Part shown: one piece after another, positions 27,111 to 38,000 of the stretch
Layout of the letters: each line of letters opens with the position of its first letter
How positions within the stretch are numbered: position 1 is the first letter of the stretch
Assembly: GCF_964355755.1 (NCBI RefSeq)
Contig: NC_092677.1
Span: 518,101 to 582,100 of the forward strand
Length of the DNA stretch: 64,000 nucleotides
Direction: 5' to 3'
Origin: Antedon mediterranea
Lineage: Eukaryota; Animalia; Echinodermata
The notes under the pieces: generated by a model
What the model was told of the DNA's origin: nothing
Seen by the model: the letters and a program-made list of their open reading frames with translations, nothing else
The model's database searches: none
Program-made: the position numbers and the translations under genes

Positions 27111-30100
27111 TCATATAATATTTGGAATTGGTTTTTGGTCTTCGGCAGTAATCAAAGCTATTGATGTTGTCTCTTGTGGCAGCCGTGTGAACGCACGTTT
27201 CCTACCCTTATTCGACGCGACGCAGCATACGCAACAGCAGCAACACGTACATGTGAACAGGGCGAATAAAAGTATGACGCAACCAATCACGATACTTATA
27301 ACTTCCCAGATACTGAAATGAAATAATACATGTGACGTCATCATATTAGAAATACTATAAACAATGAAATCATATATTACGCAATAACAATAATTTTACA
27401 TCAGTTGAATCATGCCTATAACAGTTGAGTCGGGAAAGACTACTCTTCCCTGGTTGAATGTACTGGTTATATGACGTAAACGCGACGCAAGTATTTTTGT
27501 CCAATCACGATGTGATAGATCTCACTAAAGCGTGGTTCTCACCAGAGACGCAACACAAGGACGTAACACAACGTAAGCGAGTTGACCAATGACAAGCGAA
27601 AGTACAGTGTGAATATTTCATTTCATTTTTTATTTTCATTTCTTTATTCTGATATAAAATCAATAGAGATAAAAACACAAAAAAGTACCGAGACGGCAAA
27701 CTTATTTCCATTGTGGTCCTAAACAAATATAACAGAATAAACAAGGAAAACCACAATTACTTAAACATAATACACAAACATATTGCAAATTAAATTTCAC
27801 AAAAATAACCTTTTGATCTCTGTTTAAATAATTGTAATGAAGAGGAGCTTTGAACAAAATAGGGGAGTGAATTCCATAACCGAATGCTTATTAAGAAAGT
27901 TGACCTGTTGTGAGTTCCTATGACTGGAATTTGGATCGAAATGCTGTCTCTAGCAAATCTTGTATTGTGATTGTGACGTTGTCTCGTCAGGGTAATTGTA
28001 TCCAGGTAAGTTGGAGAACTTTTATTAATTATTTTATACATAATACAGTTTCCTCTCTTGTACGCTTAGGTCAACTGGCAACCAATTTAAGTTTACAAAC
28101 TCATGTATACCTATATGAGATCGTGGTCCTAGCTTCGAAATGCACCTAATAATTTTGTTTTGAGACGTCTGTAGCCTATTTTTAATATATTTATTTGTAC
28201 ACGAGTACCATACACAGCACCCATAGTCATAATGACATTGTGTCAGAGAAGATGCAATTAATTTAAGAGCATATTTAGTAATATATTTTTTATTTCTATT
28301 AAGAAATTTAAGTATACAATGAATTTTATTATTTTATTTTATTTTTTGTTTCTATGGAGCGCCAAAAGAGCAACAATAATAGTACAAGTATAAAAACAGA
28401 AAGAAAACGAAACAAAAAAACTTATCAAGATTTTTAATTAAAATTTATTTGCCAGTATTTATTTCCTCGTACTTGCATGATTATACTATTATCATTACAA
28501 TTTTAATTTTACATTGTTCCATCCACACTGTAGATGGACTCCACAGAGTTTTCAGCCCTCTATATAATTTTTGCTTTTTTGACATTCCATAGAAACAAAA
28601 ACATTGAACATGGGGTAGGCCTACTGTACTGTAGGCTAGTAATTTTGTGTGCGAGAGAAAAACGTCTGTAAAATCATCAATTTAAAAATTTATTTGTTAC
28701 TTAGGTCTTGGGTCTTAGCTTTCGTGATCTTAGGTCTTAGGGGGTCTTAGCTTTCGTGGTCTTAGGTTTCGTGACACCCGTCATTTTCCCTTTATCCCAT
28801 CCATTTCTAACAGAATCCGATAGATGTATTAGACATGTTTCTGTAGAAAATGAAGGTCTAAAACCTGATTGATGATAGGTATAAAGAAGTGATTGGTCAT
28901 TTAAGTAACTCATTAAGTGATTATACATAATACGTTCTACAATTTTAGACACTGCAGATAGAATAGAAACGGGTCTATAGTTTCCAGCATATAATCGATC
29001 TTTCTTTTTGTAAATAGGCACTACCTTAGCAGATTTCCAATCAGAAGGGATATAACCGGTTGAAATGGATATATTTATAATATGGCTCAGTGGATGTAAG
29101 ATAGCCAGAGCCCCATCTTTAAAAAATCTGGCAGGTAAGGAATCTAAACCCGCACCTTTCTTACTATTTAAGTTGTTTATTATCGTTAGTACGGTTTGTT
29201 TATTTACTTTTTTAAAAGCAAATACACCTTTTTTTTATTTGCATAGTACTGTTTAACGTGCTTTTCATTGCCTTGTGATTGGTTAAATCACTTACGTTGC
29301 GTTACGTCCTTATGTTGTGTCTCTAGTGGGAACCAAGCTTTACGAGTCTCACGTCTTTGCGTTGCGTCCTTGGAAAACAATCATGAGTATATCTTAATGG
29401 TACTTAGTACACTAATAAACATTAATGACGAAACCCCTTAATAAAACTGTCAATATATTAAGGTTGGTTTATAACAATTAAATATTTTTATTTCAATATA
29501 ACACATTATGTAACGAATTGATCTTACGATAATTGAGTAGCAAACTTGTCTGTGTGCGTACAGCAATATCCGCCATTGCTATCTTCAGTCCTTTCACAGC
29601 AATATTCCAATGCGTGACTACTGTTACCATGGCAATCAGTGTTTTTAGTACAAAATCCATAAACTTGAACTATATTAATAATATGAAACAAATTATTCAT
29701 TACTGTTTGGAATATATTATTAGACTACCTGAGCTTAATACCGTAAGTGTACTAATGTGTACACTAATTCTCATTTTCAAAATTGGTATTCACCCCCAAC
29801 TACTGTAGACTCACGCTGTGGACTTAATATAACCATATATTAAATAGTGAACATTTAATCCATGGTATAATATAATATTTTCAATAGGAAACTTTATATT
29901 TATAGTCTTTATTTCGCCTCACAAACACTACTAGACCAATCAGTTATGTCACAGCTTAATTTTTAGATGTTCTACACCAGGAATTGTGAATCAGCTCTAT
30001 CCGCCGATGTTACACTCGTGTAAACTGTGTGTAATATTTCATGTTGTGTTTCCCTATAGCCTATTTGATTATTAAAATAATGGCCAGCCACTGGGGACCA

Positions 30101-30304
30101 TGTATAAATTGAAATCAATGGAAACTAGGCCTAATCTATAAAATAAAAGGAAATGTTTATAGTATCGCCAGTGGTGAAATGCAGATAGACTACTTTACAA
30201 TAGATCAGTGCTTAAGAATATAACGGTGACTTAAGTCATTACCTACCAAACAACGTTGAGATTATAAAGCACACAATCGCTTTAACGGTTTTCATCATTG
30301 TCAT
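27111..30304 (-). CDS. Gene C: small Shisa-like / STMC6-type single-pass protein (133 aa, 3 exons)
   Basis: Exons 30304-30247 (signal MTMMKTVKAIVCFIISTLF), 29669-29528 (FCTKNTDC...YCCE...YCCTH; C*C*CC*CC pattern), 27312-27111 (TM followed by CTCCCCCVCC); GT-AG, phases 1 and 2, 402 nt. Confidence 0.82.
27615..29250 (-). mobile_element. Decayed CR1/L2-like LINE fragment (RT pseudogene) in gene C intron 2
   Basis: 28737-29021 encodes PIYKKKD...NYRPVSILSAVSKIVER...QSGFR...STETCL (non-LTR RT N-part); 27790-28041 encodes the C-terminal ...IRLWNSLP...FK segment; (ATGAA)-like tail near 27615-27645. Middle deleted/interrupted by an insertion with ggtcttag repeats ending ~28779. Confidence 0.85.
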
Positions 30305-31381
30305 TATAACGGTTTATTGTCCTTTATACATAGCTAACTGGTAATGAGTTTTAAAATAAAGCAATCCTTTTGTTGATGGCTGCTGGCTGCTGGCTGCAAC
30401 TGGTAAACGATCGATATCAATCAATATATCGATTAGTTTATACACTTTCTCAAAACAAGACAAATGTGTCTTTTTCCAATAATTCCCTTAATAAAACGGT
30501 TTAATAAAATAATCGAAAAGCGCCGCACATTCGTTGATTTGTTTTAAAAATTATAATAAGATATTACCGCACACCGGTTCATATTATTATTATTATTATT
30601 AATCAGATAAGCTGATAAATACGCGCCGCCGCCGCGATTGTAAACGCGTCGTGTCACATGGACATCGCGCGGCGGTAATATTGAAATGACAGCGGTTGAT
30701 ATATATCCAACGGTTCTATTCTTTTGTACCAAAATATCCTTTTTTCAATTTTTTGTCTTGTACAACAAACAAAATCACAAAAAAACAAGATTGCCCTAAG
30801 CGATTTTATTCAGTAAAACTACGTAACTAACACCAATAGGACAATTACAAACAATCACCATATTGAAATTCGACAAACTAAAAATATCTTAGAGAAGTAA
30901 TAGAATTATTTTTTCATCCTCCAGTATAACGCATGCACCTCGCCCCTACTCACACATAACATACTTCCATTAAAACAAAACTCGTTCCCTTTGCTGCGAT
31001 CCATAATTATTATATTCCAAATAGGCCTACACATACAAAAATCTTCCATTGAGAGGGTAAGACCTGACGAATGTGCATAATATTTTTTTTCATGGAATTC
31101 TTACTTTATTATCATTATCGATCCTACAACATTATACGGAATCACATAAATTAATTATTTACATAATTATAAATATCAACGAATATTAATATAAAGCTAC
31201 ATATGATTAATAAAGTAATTAAATACAGTAAAACGATATAGTGAAAGAAAGAACATAGTTTTCTTTCTCCGAACTTTCTTTCTTGAACTTTTCATAATAC
31301 TGCAATAAAAAATAATTTACATCTCAAAATCATTTTATTATAGGCATACACGTTTTGCTTCCAAAAGCTTGTTCTCGCTTA

Positions 31382-31523
31382 AGCTCTGTCTACACTATCA
31401 AACTAACTTGACAACAAAGTGTGTGATATGCCCAAATATGGTAGTGATATGACATCATCATGTCTGTATTATGAGCACATCGCATTTTGTCGTCACATAA
31501 AGTTTGATAGTGTAGACAGAGCT
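31382..31523. mobile_element. MITE family B copy inserted in a family A copy
   Basis: agctctgtctacactatcaaact ... agtttgatagtgtagacagagct with TTAA overlapping both ends; flanked by family A sequence (aagcttgttctcgc / ggatgcaacgcaagaacgtaag). Confidence 0.8.
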
Positions 31524-32025
31524 TAAAAGGATGCAACGCAAGAACGTAAGCCCACAGCAAGTGAGATGACCAATCACAAGCGTCAGTTTGGATGACGATG
31601 ATCCGTCGCGTCGTGATTGGTCAAATTCCGTTTGTGCGCTAGTGTGCCCAGTAAATTAAAGCTATTACAATTGTAAATTTCATTAACGTGATCTTAAATA
31701 CAAAATAATCTAATATAACAAATAGAATAAGTTTGGCATCCTACAACTAATAAAGCCAATATAATATGATGTGGTAGTATTAATTATATAAGATGAAAAT
31801 GGTTTTGTAAAAAGCTATAAACGGAAGCTATATACTTTGAAATATAATTATGTATCCAGTCCTATTGGTAATTTAACTGTTGTACTGAAAATAGGAATTA
31901 TAAAAAATAGATTTCATAAAAAAAAATTGGCAAAAGAGTATAATTTGACCGTCTTTGACGGAAAGTACATTTAACAGTTTACAACATTTATGTACAGACA
32001 ATTAAAAACAGTGGCGGAACTTTAA

Positions 32026-32395
32026 AGGTGGGTTCCCACTTATTTGGGTGCAACGCTATGGTGTACGCAAGTTGGTTGACCAATCACGAGCGACAGTTAC
32101 GATGACTCATCGCGTCACATTAGTTGTGTTTGCTTTTCGTCCTAGTGGGAACCAAGATTTAGGTGAGTTGTTTGTAACGATGTCAAAAATCTAAAGGACT
32201 TCAATACGATTCACATACATAGGTGCGTTAGACAATATTAAGCTTGGTTCCCATTAGGATCCAATGCAAGGACGTAAGCGCAACACAAGCGAGTTTACCA
32301 ATGACATGTTATAGTCCGAATAATCCATCGGTTGTGATTGGTCAATTTACAGTACGTACGTTGCGCTTAAGCTGCATCCTAGTGGGGACCAAGCT
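32026..32395. mobile_element. Two adjacent MITE family A copies (32026-32158, 32241-32395)
   Basis: ggttccca / tgggaaccaag (tggggaccaag) termini and ttgaccaatcac-like core. Confidence 0.7.
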
Positions 32396-33419
32396 CAATA
32401 ACGTGTAAAATGCATCTGCACCAATATAATTTTTACAATAATTCACTGTAATCTTATACATTTATAAACATTTGATGAAAGGAAATAAGACAAAAAATTA
32501 TAAAAATCACGTATATTGAACTGTCCATTGCTAGTTTCCACAAAATACTTTTGTTTCATTAACTAATGCAATGTTCTATTTCAATAATAGTTTTAAAAAA
32601 ACCAGAGAGTTTATCTTAAGGAACATGTTAAAAACTATGCTACTGCATTTACTGCAGTAACTGCTTTTTTAAACCTGCAATAACATATGATTTAAATAAC
32701 TTTATTATCATTATTATTTCTTTACCGGATTAGTCTAAAAAACGAAAAGAAAACAAAGATCTTAAGGATCATGTTAAAAGTATGCTACTGTAGTTACTGC
32801 AGTAAAAGCATTTTTTACTGCAATTACTTATTATTTTAGTAACTTTATTATGTTAATTTCACACTACTTTGTACACACAAGGCACAACAATTCATGATAA
32901 TGTGATAAAAACATGACGTGATAAAACATGATGATGGAACCAATGAAAACAACATCATTTTATGATGTACAAACATTCTGCGTATTTAGAAATATTCACA
33001 ATTTAATTACACAATTATAAAGCATTATACAATTGTACAAGAATGAAAGAAAATAAAGATCTTAAAGATTTGTGATACCATATATGGTTTAACGTTACAT
33101 CGATGATTACATCAAAAGTGATATATAGACAGAGCAACATGAAGTATCATATGCTGTATTTAGTATAATTCAATAAAGACACATCATCAAAACTTATTTT
33201 TAAGTGTGAACATCAATTATTGGAATACTTAAGCATCATGAAATGAAAATGAAAAAAAAAACAAAAAAAAACTTGTGGTTTTTTAATACAGTATCAATGA
33301 ACTTTTGATTGATGTTGCCGAGTAAACTTTTCCGAAACTGAACAATATTAAGGCAGAAAACTGTTATTCTGAAATTCTTCTTCCTATCTGAGACAGTAAG
33401 TCATGTCTCAGTTTCCATA

Positions 33420-33589
33420 CAAAATGTATCTTAACACCAGACAGTTTATGCAAGTCCAAGTGTGTCCAAAATGTATCTTGACACCAGACCGTTTGGACAA
33501 GTCCAAGTGTGTTCAAAATGTATCTTAACACCAGACAGTTTGGGCAAGTCCGAGTGTGTCCAAAATGTATCTTAACACCAGACAGTTTG
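33420..33589. repeat. 47-bp minisatellite, ~3.6 copies
   Basis: caaaatgtatcttaacaccagacagtt...caagtccaagtgtgtc at 33420, 33467, 33514, 33561. Confidence 0.9.
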
Positions 33590-34886
33590 AACAGTTGAAA
33601 ATTAGTTGTTTGAGTCAACGGATTGTGAATAAATTGTAAAGCTCACAGCATTCTGAACGATTCCAAAGATATTACATCTTAGACTATTCTAAAGCAGTTA
33701 TGTACATTGTTTGGTGTGTTAAATATCTAAACACTGTTTGTATGCCATCCACTGCACATTCCATCCAATATTAAGTGATGTATCTAAAATTGTCCCAATA
33801 ATGATATTCTAAATGATTATTCAAATTGACATGCATTAATTATATTATTATCTTAATTTTGTATAATTGTAATAAAACTGAAAATATATTATTGAAAAAA
33901 CAAAACAAAATTGTTGTACATTATGTAATAAGCCTTTTACATCTACAGCTCAAACTTGTTGCAGAAATACTCTTGTCTTATTGAACTATTGTAGCCTACA
34001 CCTACACATCTTGTGATTGCCTCTTCAATTACAAACACTACATATACAGTGAAATATTGCTGAAATGTTAGTCACTACTAATCAGGTAGGTAAGCCACCA
34101 TGCTACCAATTATATTATTCACAAATACAGGTCCTACTGGGATGCTGGAAACATACCAATAAATATATTCTTATATGTAAATAAATTATATTTATTCACA
34201 ATGGCCTAACTGTGTTCACATGTTTCCTCAGTAAAAACTATTTTGAGAATGAATTATACTTTCATAATTCCAAACTGAAGAAGTAGATGTATAGTAACAT
34301 CAATAAGAACTGTTATTATGGTACATCCAAATTCATATGGCTAATAATCCATACCAGAATTAGTACTACAAGATTTTAATGTCCAATATGTGGCTAGATT
34401 CCTCTCTATTTACAAGTTAAGTTGTGTTCATTGTTTGTTCTTTCAACCTAACATGGTCTCAGCTTGCATAAAGCAGGATAAATGCTTCAAACTAAAAAGG
34501 CTTATTGAGCTAGAAAAGCAAGGTGTAATATATATAAGACTATTTGTATAGGATAAGGATTTACTAATATATGTTTTTACATTATTTAGTAGTAAAGTAT
34601 TATAAAAGTTAACAAGTAATCAAAGATGAAATAATTATTTAAAAAGTTGGATTGCAGCAATAGTCATGTACTCTAATATTTGTTTTGTTTTTAATTTATC
34701 ATTTTTCTTAATGCTTTTAATATATTTTTCTCCAGAATTTGTATAATTTTGTTTTTAGACATCAGTAGGGTATAACTCAACCGCACTATCTTTTCTCTTT
34801 TTCTTCTTTCTTTTCTTTTTTGGTTGATCATCATCATTAATTGGGTGAATTTTATTAGTTGGATGTGTAATAGATGGCGCTGGTTG

Positions 34887-35027
34887 TCAGATTTTAGTGG
34901 GTTGGATGCTAGCATATGTCGTATCTGGATCAGGGTGGTTGATCTTGTTGCTTGCACCACCTTTTGGCAAACCAGAAATCAGATCCAAATCGGCATATTG
35001 TAGTTCTTCGACATTTCTTAACTGCTT
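34887..35027 (-). CDS. Gene D terminal exon with ITIM and ITSM
   Basis: KQLRNVEELQYADLDL...PDPDTTYASIQPTKI*; polypyrimidine tract plus tag acceptor. Confidence 0.85.
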   Translation of the reverse strand, partial: KQLRNVEELQYADLDLISGLPKGGASNKINHPDPDTTYASIQPTKI

Positions 35028-38000
35028 CTATAAAAAAAGGTGTTTACAATTAATAAGAATGAAATCGTTAATCAAAAAACAAAACAAAATTAACACATAA
35101 AAAAACATAATTTGGAGATTTTACAATAACAGAAAAAAGACAAAAAAATGGTTTTTTGTTTGTTTAGTCACCTTACCTTTTATGTTAAAATTTAAATAAA
35201 ATTCAAATTTAAACAAATTTGAAATAATTTTTGCAGTAAACAGGTTAATTTGTTCATTGCACTTTTTGAATTTTCATTTAAAAATTCTTGCACATTATTA
35301 TAAAATAGGGCTCTAAAATCTATTGAACTAAGCTTAAAAGATAAGCCAATTTAAAGTATTAAATAGAAAAGCTTTAGAAGACATACAAAGAATCCCATAT
35401 CGTGAACTATAAGCATATATTTTTTTCTGTATATCCCATCCAATAAACATTTTGTTTGTGCCAGTCAATAATAACACCATGTATAGGAAATAACCACAAT
35501 GAAGAGTATGATGGGATACTAAATTTACCATTATTTTAGATATATTCAAATTACTTCACAGTGTATATAAGCAGCATGTTTATTTGTTAAATGTGTATAC
35601 AGTATTATACACCAAATGAAACCATTATTTTTGGTAAGCCATATCACAACAATGTATAGTTAATATTATCGCAAGGAGAAAAAAATCATTAAAATTGCTA
35701 ATCGACATCATTCCTTCAATAACAAGGAAGTATTTTTAAATGAGCTCATATGGGCCACCGTAACTGACAGACATTTGTTTTCTGTATTTAAAAAAAAGTA
35801 TGTTTTTTTTTTTACATTTATTCATTTTCAACATTTTTTGTCGAGTGGAGACCCACTTGATAGTTTGATTTAGTTCACTTTTGGGAATCCTGTCTCTCTC
35901 TATTGTTTGTTTATTTTTGTTATAATTATGTGAGACGAAATAAATGAAATGAAATAAGTACTTTATGATGTTTCGATCTTTGACTTGAATGTTTTCATCG
36001 ATAGAGAAAAAATTAGATTGGTTTGTAGTATTCCACTTTTTTCCCAATTATGACACTATTTCATAATTTTGTCAATAAAAAAACTTAGGGAAAGTGTAAT
36101 AAAAAAAAAAAATACACAATGGCTACCAACAAAGCAAAGGTTACTTCAGCGGAGGACAAACAACAGCTAATGAGAAATTACGGCAAAAAATTGGGAAAGA
36201 AAAATGTATTGCAATGCCATCCAGCAAGAGTAGTTGTTTGTGTAGACAAGAAGTTATCTTAGAAGTTACTTTGTAAAACCCAATTATTCAATTAGTTTAC
36301 TAAAGTTTAATTACTTTAATTCTTTGGACTCAGAGTGTGCATATTTGGTTTTCTTCTTTAACTTTTATTTATTTTTTCATTTTACTTAATATTTAAGTAC
36401 AGCTTAAACAGTCTTTGTGTTTCGTAAATCAAATGCTATTAATAATGACTGGGGTGTATGGGTTGGGTTACTTAAATAAAATAACAAAATGTATCTTAAA
36501 TTCTAATCTATACATGACTGCTTGCTGCAATCTTATAAACGTTTTACTTTACGTTACTTCTACTCAAAATAAACCAATCTAAAAACAAAAATAATTTTTG
36601 CTATTTTTTTTTTGTAAATCATTTTTTTTAATTTCTGGGCTGCAATTGCATAAACAAATTTTTATTTTAAAACTGCTTTTTTATACCAATACCAATGCTA
36701 TTTAAGATGGGTTTTTTATTGCAGTAATTATAAAATCATAAAATAAGATATTTTTCAATTTTAAGTAAACAAAAAATTGCTGTAAAGAAAAGAAAAAGTA
36801 CAAATTAAACAAAATTTAACTAAAATGTGCTTGGGTTAGGTATATTACTGTATTCAACAATCTTATTGTTGATCATGTTGAAATCTCAAGAACCAATCAC
36901 ATGCATCAAAAACAATCTCAGGAAAATCATTGGCTGTAAGTATAAATTTAAATTGGAATCAACAAATTAGAGAAGAGAATTGTTATGACATCACTGTGCA
37001 ACATGCATCAAATGTGGCATCATCATTTAAAGTCATCATATCATGCTTTAACCAACATACTATGTTAGTTAGGTTGCATTTTACTTTATTTTATTGTACA
37101 CTATTTCAAATCATTTCTCTAGTGGATGTCTTCTTGAGGAATACTTTAATTTCTTCTTTATAAAACCTATCTTTGAATTTGAATAAACAAAAATGGAAAA
37201 ACATATTAAATCAACAGATTAGCATAATATGGCATTGGAGGGGGATTCTTAATTAATTAGTTCCAGAGAATGGAGCAACAGTAATTAATACCACTATCAT
37301 ACACTACAGATTATCTGGGGAAGAAAGGTAATGATACAATTGTATAAAAATGTACCACTTTTCTCATCTAACATCCCTCATATCTTTAATATCCTAACAG
37401 GATAGTGAATTGTTAATGTGTAATGTGATGGACTTAAGTCTACTCTTAACTCTCTTGCTGAATAACAACATGGTAGACATGCTTAAACTAAATTAAAGTT
37501 AATATAGATTACCAATATCATCACAATTTGTTATACCTGTTCAAAATAAAAAACATTTAATAAGTCAAGTATCAAAATAGTCTACCTATGTGGAATGATA
37601 CATAAAACAATAACAAAAGAGTGGCTCTGTAGAGCCATTACATAATCTATATTGTTAGATAGATATGGAACTATATTGAACCACAAATGTTTCTAGTAGA
37701 TATTTCTTTTTTCATATTTATTTACTTATTATCAATATACAGTACCAGATTTAACCATCATCATTAAAAGTTCCAGTTTATATTTATGACGAATTCTATA
37801 AATTTCTCTTCCAAGTATACTTAGTACTAGTAGTCGAGTCGCCGTAAACCATAGCTATACAATCTGCACAGGACATTCCTCGACCAATGTTCTGGTGGTA
37901 TAACACGTCTTCTCGGATAAGGACTTAAAGCTGGAGGTTCAGTGTACACATCTGGCTCATGTGCGCTTTAAAGAACGTAGTAGAACTTTCAGAAAGTAGG

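Noticed and set aside
33420-33589. Regular repeat resembling a CRISPR array; ORF 33364-33618
   Set aside because: Head-to-tail 47-bp units without unique spacers, eukaryotic context and no cas genes; it is a minisatellite and the ORF is its by-product.
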